Below are positions 7,890-16,502 of a stretch of DNA of 20,000 bases, one piece after another; the first letter of the stretch is position 1; each line of letters opens with the position of its first letter. Both the position numbers and the translations under genes were made by a program. The notes beneath the pieces were generated by a model. It did no database searches, had not been told where the DNA came from, and was given only the letters and a program-made list of their open reading frames with translations. The DNA comes from an uncultured virus (IMG/VR IMGVR_UViG_3300037419_002733) (taxonomy: Duplodnaviria; Heunggongvirae; Uroviricota; Caudoviricetes), in IMG/VR virus record IMGVR_UViG_3300037419_002733; one strand, given 5' to 3'.

Positions 7890-8150
7890 AAATGCTGGGA
7901 AATCAAGTACCTTTCCAGGATCAGAGAGTAAGATTGCCAAATTGTCTTAAATCTCTTTCAAAATAAGGACTTAAGGCTGAAAGTCCGAATCCCAGGTGCA
8001 TGATTCTTCGTAAGTTGTTCTTTGACAAGACGTTCTGGCTATGATGGCTCACGCCAATGCTTCATCTTATTGCCTTGTTGATGCCGATGAGCAAGATGCT
8101 TGAAAACCAAGTGTCTAAGTGGTTGGACATCAAGAGCTTAAGATGAGGCA
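7890..8150 (+). promoter_or_regulatory. CRISPR leader
   Basis: Non-coding and adjacent to the most conserved repeats. Three imperfect TAAGT...CTTA-type motifs at 7948-7973, 8011-8035 and 8116-8140. Confidence 0.65.
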
Positions 8151-9027
8151 GTGATCCTCATTCCACGCCCTAGAGGCGTTTAACACGACCCTAATACAGC
8201 TTGGCTGTGGGAGCGTATCTGGTGATCCTCATTCCACGCCCTAGAGGCGTTTAACACACGAGGTGCGGCGGATGTATGGCATCACGCACGAGGTGATCCT
8301 CATTCCACGCCCTAGAGGCGTTTAACACGCCCGGTGGCGCAGATCAGGGAGGTGGTCCTTGGATGGTGATCCTCATTCCACGCCCTAGAGGCGTTTAACA
8401 CCGAGAACATACCTTCGACGTGTACGCTCAATCACGGTGATCCTCATTCCACGCCCTAGAGGCGTTTAACACATGCATCTTCGAGTAGATGCCCTTGAAA
8501 TAGTGGAGTGATCCTCATTCCACGCCCTAGAGGTGTTTAACACATACCAAATTATTAGGATATTGCTAGACGAAGAAGTGATCCTCATTCCACGCCCTAG
8601 AGGTGTTTAACACTCATCCGGTCCGCGCGACACGACATCGGACGCGCCGTGGTGATCTTCACTCCACGTCTCAGAGGCGTTTAACACAAGCGGTCAGTTG
8701 AGGACGTCAACCAATAAGTTAACCTGATCCTCACTCCACGCCCTAGAGGCGTTCGACACAGGACGAAAACCAGGACGTCCGGCGAATTATGCACGCATGA
8801 CTTTCATTCCACGGTCTAAAGGCGTTTAACACTGTTGAGTTCGATTTCAAATGAAAGTAACCCTCACTCCACGCCTTAGAGGCGTTTAGCACACCAAGCC
8901 GGGAGGAATCGTGTGTTGGCAAGAGGGTGATCCTCACTCCACGCCCTAGAGGCGTTTAACACGGACCGCCATCGGAGTTGAAAAGCCTCTGGTGATCCTC
9001 ATTCCACGCTCTAGAGGCGTTTAACAC
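8151..9027 (+). CRISPR. CRISPR array: 13 repeats, 12 spacers, plus a degenerate 14th repeat at 9056-9091; no cas genes in the window
   Basis: 36-bp repeat GTGATCCTCATTCCACGCCCTAGAGGCGTTTAACAC starting at 8151, 8222, 8293, 8366, 8437, 8508, 8578, 8652, 8724, 8797, 8857, 8927, 8992. Unique spacers of 35, 35, 37, 35, 35, 34, 38, 36, 37, 24, 34, 29 nt. Internal hairpin ACGCC-CTAGA-GGCGT. Confidence 0.98.
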
Positions 9028-9062
9028 TTTGCGCCGCGTCCCTCTCCATCTAAGACTATCTC

Positions 9063-9770
9063 TCATTCCACACTCGAAGAGTGTTCAAACAACTGCTCAA
9101 CCCGCCTCGACTTCTCCCCCGTCCTATCCTTGATATCGGTCTTGGTCTCAATCTCCCATACACAAGTGAAATCCTCAGGAGCACTATACTCCGAGACCAA
9201 GACCGTATTCTCAACCGACCTCTTCCGCACCCATTCCCAGAACCGATCATGGTCGAACCGACCCACCGAATACCCCACCGTCCCCCGATAAGGAGGATCG
9301 CAGTAGATCAATGACCCGCTCGGCACCTCGACCTCATTGTAACCCCCGCACTCGAACCGCACATCCCCTAAGCCCATCATCTTCTTCTTCAACGAATTCC
9401 TGGCGTTCGATGCGTAATTACGACCAGTCTTGTTCCTAGCGTATCCGCCAAACCATTTACCACTGTTACTACAGCCGAAACCCACGAAGCCACGCAATGC
9501 CATGTCCGTCCCCGCCCGTATCAATTGATACTCCGACTCTGTGACCACAGCAGGCGGCTCCCAGCCCGTCTGTAACGCCCGCCACATCGCAATCAACTCC
9601 GGATGCAGGTCGCTCGCGATACGCATCGACCCACATACATTGCTCATGACCCAGCACGCACCGCAGAATGGCTCCCAATACGCCTGACCATCCCCAAGCC
9701 GCGAATTGATGTAACCAGCCAATTCCCGACAGACCTTTCCCTTGCCCCCGAAATACTGAATAGCGATCAC
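9063..9770 (-). CDS. dam: DNA adenine methyltransferase (Dam / D12 class N6-MTase)
   Basis: Motifs YFGGK, EPFCG (motif I), SDLHPELI and IYCDPPY (motif IV) occur in the expected order. 235 aa, GTG start. Confidence 0.92.
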   Translation of the reverse strand: MIAIQYFGGKGKVCRELAGYINSRLGDGQAYWEPFCGACWVMSNVCGSMRIASDLHPELIAMWRALQTGWEPPAVVTESEYQLIRAGTDMALRGFVGFGCSNSGKWFGGYARNKTGRNYASNARNSLKKKMMGLGDVRFECGGYNEVEVPSGSLIYCDPPYRGTVGYSVGRFDHDRFWEWVRKRSVENTVLVSEYSAPEDFTCVWEIETKTDIKDRTGEKSRRVEQLFEHSSSVE

Positions 9771-9809
9771 CTAGAATAAATTAAACTTCGATTACTTATT
9801 AATGACCTA

Positions 9810-9838
9810 TTGACCTAAATTTAGACCTGTGCTACAAT
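9810..9838 (+). promoter_or_regulatory. Sigma70-type promoter for the paralog array, divergent from the MTase
   Basis: TTGACC (9810-9815), 17 nt, TACAAT (9833-9838), extended TG. Three GACCT direct repeats overlap it. Confidence 0.7.
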
Positions 9839-9890
9839 AGGTAATTGACATCCAATCAGTTTTTAGCCGATCAAAAAAGGCGAAGAAGCA

Positions 9891-10493
9891 ATGCCGGAAC
9901 AAAAGGACCTGAATCTCACATGGAAAGCACATCATCCAGTGGATGACTTCTCCACATGGACCTCTCAAAGTAAAAGAAACGAATCTACAAATTTCAAAAT
10001 TAAATATCTTGGCATGGCTCAAAATTATCAGCTTACGACATTCCTCAAAGCCTCCGGAGAACAGGCGACATTCCATGCCGACTGGAACGAAGCCGTAAGA
10101 TATGCCAATCGGTGGGACTTGTCATATTTCAATACAATGCGACGTGACCAAAAGAAGGAGCCGGACAACATGCCTTTCGAAGAATGCTATATCACGACGG
10201 ATGTCGCCGAAGAAACACCCCTCCAGGAAGCCGCCCGACTCGCACAAACCATCAAAGACCTCGCTGCCGAATTGAAGAAAGTAGGCGGATCGCCAAAGAA
10301 GAACGAACAACTAGCCAAAAATATGCTCCGAACCAATGACCCAAATGCCCCGTGCGATATCTTGGAGGAAATCATCGTCCTCGACGATATCCTCTATAAC
10401 CTTTCTCTGACATTCCACAAAATCAATCAGCAGCCCTCGCCGCCACCGGAAATCGCCGAAGAAGAAGCGATCATCATCACAGACAATTGGTAA
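9891..10493 (+). CDS. Hypothetical protein, paralog array member (acidic/ECYI subgroup)
   Basis: Starts MPEQKDLNLTW. Contains FEECYI...ETPLQE helix. Pro/acidic tail ending in W. Confidence 0.8.
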   Translation: MPEQKDLNLTWKAHHPVDDFSTWTSQSKRNESTNFKIKYLGMAQNYQLTTFLKASGEQATFHADWNEAVRYANRWDLSYFNTMRRDQKKEPDNMPFEECYITTDVAEETPLQEAARLAQTIKDLAAELKKVGGSPKKNEQLAKNMLRTNDPNAPCDILEEIIVLDDILYNLSLTFHKINQQPSPPPEIAEEEAIIITDNW

Positions 10494-10514
10494 CGCCGAC
10501 CGACACCCTAATCC

Positions 10515-10548
10515 GCATTAATAACATGAAGTTTTGCGTTATTAATGC
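10515..10548. promoter_or_regulatory. 11-bp inverted repeat (operator or hairpin) between genes
   Basis: GCATTAATAAC (10515-10525), 12 nt, GTTATTAATGC (10538-10548). Confidence 0.5.
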
Positions 10549-10565
10549 CCCAAAGGATGCGAACC

Positions 10566-11525
10566 ATGCCAGACGCAGATACAGCCCTCGACTGGAAGCC
10601 AGCACGCATCGCCCAGGATGCGACCAACTATTATGTCAAGGCGGTCGCGGATGGCGAAGAAACCACCCATAATTACCGGATTCTCGCGGTCATCCCCAAG
10701 GCATACTCGAAGCCGGTCGTCACCATTCATCAGAATCAACTTGGAGCGACCATCCACGCCCTCTCGACCGCCAAAGTCATCTCTCTCAATTGGGTATCGG
10801 GATCATATGCCAAAACGGTCAAGGAAGACGCCGACGACAAAGAAGCGTTCGATTGTTTCGTGATCACAGCCAACGACCACCTGTGGAAGCTCGTCCACCT
10901 CAACGCCAATTACGATTCGCCCCGAGACCGAGGAGAATACACTAGTCTGCCCAAAGCAAGGACCGCAGCCAACAACTTCAAATCCCTCAAGCCTCTCCCC
11001 AAATCGAAAACGACCACTTCACCCAAGTGGTTCGAAGGCATCTACACATCGTCATACGTCCATAACGAAAACCAACTCGCTTATGCCGCCCTCATCCCCA
11101 GCAACAACATCAGTCTTCTCTACATTTTCCGCGATGGAAAGTCCAAGGTCAGTGTCACGCCCTATGTCACGGAAGAAGGTGCCAAGAAAGCATTCGAGAA
11201 GTTCGTTGGTCATGATTATTTGTCCTGGCGACCACTTCACATGATGATCAACGCAATCTCTGTCACTCCGATGAAGACCCATTTCTGGCTCATCTATCCT
11301 TTCCTGGACAAATACCGGCAAACGATGTTCGCCAACGACAGCGCGAAGCCGGTCGTCAGTCATTTTAAGTCGGTCCACGAAGCCAAGGAAGACGCCCAAG
11401 CCAAAGAAAATCTAAAGCATCTCCCGACCGAGGAACGACGCCCAGAGCCGGTCTCCCAGGAATTACTCAATCGAAACAAACAATCGACCCTCAAAGCCAT
11501 CGCTGCCTTCCGGGAATCCTTCTAG
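10566..11525 (+). CDS. Hypothetical protein, paralog array member with C-terminal AI..FR helix
   Basis: AAGGA RBS before ATG10566. Starts MPDADTALDW, ends ELLNRNKQSTLKAIAAFRESF*. Confidence 0.85.
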   Translation: MPDADTALDWKPARIAQDATNYYVKAVADGEETTHNYRILAVIPKAYSKPVVTIHQNQLGATIHALSTAKVISLNWVSGSYAKTVKEDADDKEAFDCFVITANDHLWKLVHLNANYDSPRDRGEYTSLPKARTAANNFKSLKPLPKSKTTTSPKWFEGIYTSSYVHNENQLAYAALIPSNNISLLYIFRDGKSKVSVTPYVTEEGAKKAFEKFVGHDYLSWRPLHMMINAISVTPMKTHFWLIYPFLDKYRQTMFANDSAKPVVSHFKSVHEAKEDAQAKENLKHLPTEERRPEPVSQELLNRNKQSTLKAIAAFRESF

Positions 11526-11585
11526 AATGCCCCCAGAACCAGCGACCCGAAGAAAACGTCCTGTTCCACCATCCCGACCCAAGAG

Positions 11586-11625
11586 ACGCTCCTGGCTTGA
11601 CCTGGAGCGTGTTTTTTGATATGAT
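11586..11625 (+). promoter_or_regulatory. Overlapping terminator-like hairpin and sigma70 promoter
   Basis: Stem ACGCTCC (11586-11592) / GGAGCGT (11604-11610) followed by GTTTTTT. TTGACC (11597-11602), 17 nt, TATGAT (11620-11625). Confidence 0.6.
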
Positions 11626-11655
11626 GTTTTGAAACCAAAACGAAAGGATGACCTC

Positions 11656-12390
11656 ATGTTTTTAGTCGCATTCGAATGGAAGGTTTCTCAAGGCGGGAAA
11701 TATACCACGCATTACGGCACCAGCACGGTCACCGAGAAGGAATACACTGTCGAGGTCAGTTCCGGTCCTAACAATCTGATCACCCGACTTGTATACACCG
11801 GAGACGACGGGGTAGGGCGGGTCCGTCTTTGCGAAAACCCAAAAGAAGCACGCCTTTTAGCTGAGAAAATAGACCAAGAACACATCAAGTCGGTGGGCAA
11901 ACTAGAATGGAACGCGATTACAAACCTTCGGTCGGAAGCCCAGAACCAGGCAGGATATTTCTTCATAGTCCATACTTATGTAACAGACAATAAGGCAACG
12001 CTCGTAATTTATAAGCCGGAAGGGGGATATTGGAAATTGCCGTTGACTTATGATTCCATGGCGGATGTCAAGATCATGGCTGATAAGTGCAACTATCAGA
12101 TTCTCACCAAACCCAAACCTAAGAAGACCAAGGAAACCAAGGAATACGGGGAATGCTACATCGCCAACTACGAAGAAGAAGCTGGAACTGAAGTCGCCAA
12201 GGGAGACGAATCCCCGCTCGAACGATTCATCCGATGCCAGCGAGACCTCATCGAGCAAATCAAGTCGCTCAGAGCCGATCGCGATAGTTACGAACAAGTG
12301 GCACTCGATCTTAAGGAGATCGAGCCGAACCTCATGACCGAATTTTACGAACTCAGCAATTATCTTTCGGTAATCCAAGGCTACATGTGA
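11656..12390 (+). CDS. Hypothetical protein, paralog array member (acidic/ECYI subgroup)
   Basis: AAGGA RBS before ATG11656. FEW near the start, two beta-beta-beta-alpha-like modules, YGECYI...ESPLERF coiled coil. Confidence 0.8.
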   Translation: MFLVAFEWKVSQGGKYTTHYGTSTVTEKEYTVEVSSGPNNLITRLVYTGDDGVGRVRLCENPKEARLLAEKIDQEHIKSVGKLEWNAITNLRSEAQNQAGYFFIVHTYVTDNKATLVIYKPEGGYWKLPLTYDSMADVKIMADKCNYQILTKPKPKKTKETKEYGECYIANYEEEAGTEVAKGDESPLERFIRCQRDLIEQIKSLRADRDSYEQVALDLKEIEPNLMTEFYELSNYLSVIQGYM

Positions 12391-12486
12391 CCAACAAATG
12401 GGATGAAACGAAGTCAACATCGGACCACACTAAGCGAAATCGTATATTGAAGACCTGTCAAGAGGCTGACCAAGAAGGAGATCGAG

Positions 12487-13206
12487 ATGCCAGAGCCGCA
12501 GAAACTCAAATGGAACAAGCTGGGATACGGGAAAGTTTTTACCGCGCACGCACAGGATAACCCCAATGCCCGGTACAGGGTCGAGAAAAATCCGAGCGGG
12601 GGCTGGAACTTCTCCGTCGTCCTGGATAACGGCAAGGGTGACGGGACTCGGGGACCATTCAAGTCTCCAGAGGACGCCAAAGAAGTCGCCCAATTGGTCC
12701 ATAACCATCTGGTCGAACCAGGCATGTCCCTCGGAGCCACCTACGAAGAAGGCTACATCCCCCAGCAGGGTGAAGCAGTGACCGAGACGAAGCAAATCGA
12801 TGTCGAGAAACTGGTCGAGACGCTGGAGATGATGCGAAAAGAATTGGAGCATCGGTGCAGCACCCCCCAGGACACCAGCGAATTCCTCGGGCAACTCCGG
12901 AAGGCGAAGAACTTCACTACCTTCGGGACCTTCGACACGATCGAGTGCGTTGCCGTCAAGCTCTGCAACCTCGTCGAAAAGCTCGGCGGGATCATCGACG
13001 AGGAAACTGCCGCCATCCCAATCGACGATCCCAGCATCGTCAACCACACATTCTTGGATAAACTTTTCCAGATGGGTGATGATGATGAGGATGATGACTC
13101 TGAGCCTGCACCCCCGCCTGCCCCGACCCCTGTAAATGTCGATGTGGTCGAAGACGATGATTGGGAAATCGATCCGTGGGACTTCCAAAACGAAAATGAA
13201 TTCTGA
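12487..13206 (+). CDS. Hypothetical protein, paralog array member with highly acidic tail
   Basis: AAGGAG RBS. Starts MPEPQKLKW, contains GPFKSPEDAKEVA and YEEGYI. Tail DDDEDDDSEPAPPP...DDDWEIDPWDF. Confidence 0.85.
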   Translation: MPEPQKLKWNKLGYGKVFTAHAQDNPNARYRVEKNPSGGWNFSVVLDNGKGDGTRGPFKSPEDAKEVAQLVHNHLVEPGMSLGATYEEGYIPQQGEAVTETKQIDVEKLVETLEMMRKELEHRCSTPQDTSEFLGQLRKAKNFTTFGTFDTIECVAVKLCNLVEKLGGIIDEETAAIPIDDPSIVNHTFLDKLFQMGDDDEDDDSEPAPPPAPTPVNVDVVEDDDWEIDPWDFQNENEF

Positions 13207-13227
13207 CCAAACCATAAGGACATGACT

Positions 13228-14343
13228 ATGCCAGACCAAGGACAAGTTCTCGCGTGGGACTACTGTAAGGTCGCAGAGACCGATTCCCATTATTATTTCA
13301 TCAACACCTCGACTTGGACCCCTCGCCTCCATATCCTCAGCAAACAGGAACACCATCATTATAGCCAGACGTTCATGCTCATTTCCACCGCGACCGACGA
13401 CGCCGAGGCGAGAGCCGGTCGCACTCTCCAGTGGAAGTATGCAGTCGCATTCTCCGAAAGTAAGGGGCATATTTTCTTCTACAAACGAACTCCCACGGAG
13501 GAATTCCTTCTCGTCCATTTTGATGCTAACTCCAAGAACATTCCGACCCAAGTGATTTGCGACTCCAAGGATGATGTCATCAAAACAGCCAACAACATCC
13601 TTAACAACGCATCGACCAACGAAGGGCAAGAAACGATGCCAGACCAAACCGAAATCACGGAAGTCATCCAAGACCAAGCCCCGACCAAGAAGAATCCCGA
13701 GAATCTCCTCGTCTGGCGATCGGGATTCCTCCTTAAGCCCAATAACCCCGACGAACCGCATTGCTTCATCGCGACTTCGAAGTCGGGTGATGACCCGATC
13801 CTCAAGGCTTTCTTCTTTACCCCCAACGACTGCACTGTCAAGGTCGAGTGTCTTGACTTTAATTACATCGCCGCTATCGAGGCTCATGCCAAGGCAAAGC
13901 TCCCAGGCGGATACACGAAACACTCGGTCGTGTGTACCAGAAACACAGACTTGTCGAAGAATATCTTTTATTTCATCGAAGTTTGCTCGGCTGACAAGAA
14001 AAATCTTTACACCCTCTACACGCTCGGACATGAAGACACCCAGGCAACCCATAATACCACGCAAGTATTCAATCTCCTGATGGATGCCAAGACCGCTGCC
14101 GACAAGCACGACGCCGACACATTCAACCAAAACCAAAGTTATACTTTCAACTTCAACCACCTTTCCACTTTCGGGAAGTTTTCGACCAGGAAATATTCCT
14201 CGTATATTGAGAATTTTTCGTATTCGTATAGGCGAAAGAAGCGACTGGATGACGAGCCTCGGGAACCGGACCAACAGCAACTCGTCCAGAACAAGGAAAC
14301 CACCCTCAAGGCGATCCAGAATTTCCGCGACCTTATCAAGTGA
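13228..14343 (+). CDS. Hypothetical protein, paralog array member with internal duplication and C-terminal AI..FR helix
   Basis: TAAGGA RBS (ATG13222 or ATG13228). Starts MPDQGQVLAW with a second MPDQ at 13636. Ends QLVQNKETTLKAIQNFRDLIK*. Confidence 0.85.
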   Translation: MPDQGQVLAWDYCKVAETDSHYYFINTSTWTPRLHILSKQEHHHYSQTFMLISTATDDAEARAGRTLQWKYAVAFSESKGHIFFYKRTPTEEFLLVHFDANSKNIPTQVICDSKDDVIKTANNILNNASTNEGQETMPDQTEITEVIQDQAPTKKNPENLLVWRSGFLLKPNNPDEPHCFIATSKSGDDPILKAFFFTPNDCTVKVECLDFNYIAAIEAHAKAKLPGGYTKHSVVCTRNTDLSKNIFYFIEVCSADKKNLYTLYTLGHEDTQATHNTTQVFNLLMDAKTAADKHDADTFNQNQSYTFNFNHLSTFGKFSTRKYSSYIENFSYSYRRKKRLDDEPREPDQQQLVQNKETTLKAIQNFRDLIK

Positions 14344-14364
14344 ATCAAATCAAAGGAACACAAG

Positions 14365-14940
14365 ATGCCATTAAAATGGTCCCCGATAAGAGTGTTTGAA
14401 AAACCGTCGAAGCAAAACGTCCTTTGCTTCCAACACTCTTCGCATACTTATACCATCAACACGATCACGACCGACGTGGATGCCAAGGTCCACGCGACGC
14501 CGAATCAACTCGAAAGCTACGTGTCCGAGAAATTCGAGACCACTGCCGCCGAACTCAAGTGGTCCGATGATGCCAACCATGCCATCGACATGACCGAGAA
14601 TACGCTCGAAAATGTCCAGTTCTATGCCTTTCGCCGGACACCGCCCGACACCTTCCCCAGCGAGATTTCGAAAGCACGGTTTGAAGCCAACCCGTATTGC
14701 TTGCTCTATGTCTACACCAGCAGCAAGAACTCAAGGCAGATCCACAAATGGTACCTGCCAAGTATGACCGCCGCTCACACACTCGCCGAGGAACTCACCT
14801 TCACGGCACAGGAGAAAAGCTACATGCCCAAGCCGCGCCCGAAATCAGTCCCGAAACAACCAGACCCGGACCCCGAAAAACTCATCCAGAACAAACAAGA
14901 CCTCAAGAATGCCATCGAGAATTTCAGGACCAGTTTCTAA
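14365..14940 (+). CDS. Hypothetical protein, paralog array member
   Basis: AAGGA RBS. Starts MPLKW, ends KLIQNKQDLKNAIENFRTSF*. Confidence 0.85.
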   Translation: MPLKWSPIRVFEKPSKQNVLCFQHSSHTYTINTITTDVDAKVHATPNQLESYVSEKFETTAAELKWSDDANHAIDMTENTLENVQFYAFRRTPPDTFPSEISKARFEANPYCLLYVYTSSKNSRQIHKWYLPSMTAAHTLAEELTFTAQEKSYMPKPRPKSVPKQPDPDPEKLIQNKQDLKNAIENFRTSF

Positions 14941-14951
14941 AGGACCAAACA

Positions 14952-15458
14952 ATGCCCCTCCAATGGATGAATGCCGAAGTCCTCGATGACCCTAGAGGTC
15001 TATTCGCCTTCCTGCTGCAAGGAAATATGCCCATTTCCTATGTCATCAACCAGCAGTGTAATTTATTCCGTTCGCGATCGAATGCCACCCGCGATCAAGC
15101 GGTTTCTTGGGTCACGACTATACTCGGAGAACCCGCAGAGAACCTCTCGTGGAAGAAAGATGCCCTGGTCTCATGCCACATCGACTGGCATACCCTGGAG
15201 CAACACTATTTCTTCATCCATGAGCGAACCCAGACAAACCCTTGGCTCAAATACCACATGACCTATGTCCGTCATCGCAAGAACGAAACGAACATCCTGT
15301 ACTATTCCAGCCTCAACCGGAACGCACTCCAATTCGTCACAGCCGAACGGCTGGTATCCGGACTATCGGACAAACCCCAAGAGACCAATCAACGACGACT
15401 CCTCCAGAACAAGCATACCGTCCAACAAGCTATTCATAACTTCAGAATTAATTATTAG
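14952..15458 (+). CDS. Hypothetical protein, paralog array member
   Basis: TAAAGGA fuses the upstream stop with the RBS before ATG14952. Starts MPLQW, ends RLLQNKHTVQQAIHNFRINY*. Confidence 0.85.
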   Translation: MPLQWMNAEVLDDPRGLFAFLLQGNMPISYVINQQCNLFRSRSNATRDQAVSWVTTILGEPAENLSWKKDALVSCHIDWHTLEQHYFFIHERTQTNPWLKYHMTYVRHRKNETNILYYSSLNRNALQFVTAERLVSGLSDKPQETNQRRLLQNKHTVQQAIHNFRINY

Positions 15459-15468
15459 GACCCATACA

Positions 15469-15996
15469 ATGCCCAAACGATCGATCTATGATATCGGCTG
15501 GACCATGATTAAGGTGTTCGTCCCGGTGAAACATGCGACACCCGGTACCCCCTACCTCATCACCTACTTCAGCAATGACCACCCCATGAACCCTTGGAAG
15601 ATACTCAAGATCGACCCGAACAGCATGACCGCTTCCGAGGAACCCCGCAGATTCTCCCACCACGAGGAGATCATCAAAGCCTACGAAACTCTGCCGGTCG
15701 ACCTCAACGTCGCCTACGCCGACTGCGGTAGCTCCGCAAAACCGTCAGAGAAAGACGCAGAGTTCCCGGAATATGTCGTCGTGACGACCGACCAAGTGCA
15801 ACTCATCCTCATCGATCCCGTCACCAAGCAAGTCCAGATCGAAAACCACGCGACCCTCACCGTCGCCGCCATCAAAGCCAATGAAATATACAAACACAAG
15901 CAATCACTCAAGGAAATCCAGAACCAGGAATCCTTGCTGGTCTATCGCAAAACCATCCAGCAGGCAATCGCCGACTTCCGAAGAGCCAATTTCTAA
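15469..15996 (+). CDS. Hypothetical protein, paralog array member
   Basis: TAGGA stop+RBS before ATG15469. Starts MPKRSIYDIGW, ends SLLVYRKTIQQAIADFRRANF*. Confidence 0.85.
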   Translation: MPKRSIYDIGWTMIKVFVPVKHATPGTPYLITYFSNDHPMNPWKILKIDPNSMTASEEPRRFSHHEEIIKAYETLPVDLNVAYADCGSSAKPSEKDAEFPEYVVVTTDQVQLILIDPVTKQVQIENHATLTVAAIKANEIYKHKQSLKEIQNQESLLVYRKTIQQAIADFRRANF

Positions 15997-16007
15997 AGGA
16001 CCAAAAG

Positions 16008-16493
16008 ATGCCAGAGATTTCCGGACTCGACCAATGGACCAAAGCCAAAACCGCTCATACCATCGACACAAGGTACGTCGTCACCGACAATCGACTCATC
16101 CAGACCAACCGCAATACCAATCGGATCATCTACGACCAGCCCATCTACCACGTGCTGAATACGATCCAAGCCATCGAGACCTCCGTCCACCAAAACCTCC
16201 TCTGGACCGAAGCCTACATCAATGACCAAAACGACCAACTCCATTTCATACTCATTCCAACCACCACGTTCCTGGGAACCTTCCTCTACCACTTCGACCC
16301 GAATAAGCCTGATGTTTATGCCAAAATCGTCGCCAGCCTCAAAGGACCCGAAATCATCCCCAAAGCTAACGAGATCCTCCGGAGATTCCTTGACAAAAAA
16401 CCCATAAATGTTAAAATGAACACCGACCAACAACGACAGTTCCGGCAGGATGTCATCCGCGCAGCAAAACACTTCCGGGAAGCCAATTTTTAA
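16008..16493 (+). CDS. Hypothetical protein, paralog array member
   Basis: TAAAGGA stop+RBS. Starts MPEISGLDQW, ends QRQFRQDVIRAAKHFREANF*. Confidence 0.85.
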   Translation: MPEISGLDQWTKAKTAHTIDTRYVVTDNRLIQTNRNTNRIIYDQPIYHVLNTIQAIETSVHQNLLWTEAYINDQNDQLHFILIPTTTFLGTFLYHFDPNKPDVYAKIVASLKGPEIIPKANEILRRFLDKKPINVKMNTDQQRQFRQDVIRAAKHFREANF

Positions 16494-16502
16494 GGACTAA
16501 AA

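Noticed and set aside
8473..8507. Self-targeting of spacer 5 to ~11030-11050 (ggcatctac)
   Set aside because: Only about 9 contiguous matching bases, which is expected by chance.
8743..8937. Small ORF across the CRISPR array
   Set aside because: It lies over repeats and spacers and is spurious.
12430..14280. 616-aa minus-strand ORF and other long antisense ORFs (5687-6625, 17879-18379 etc.)
   Set aside because: They shadow + strand genes that have RBSs and family motifs. Their composition is biased (V/G/L/F/R), as expected from codon bias on the opposite strand.
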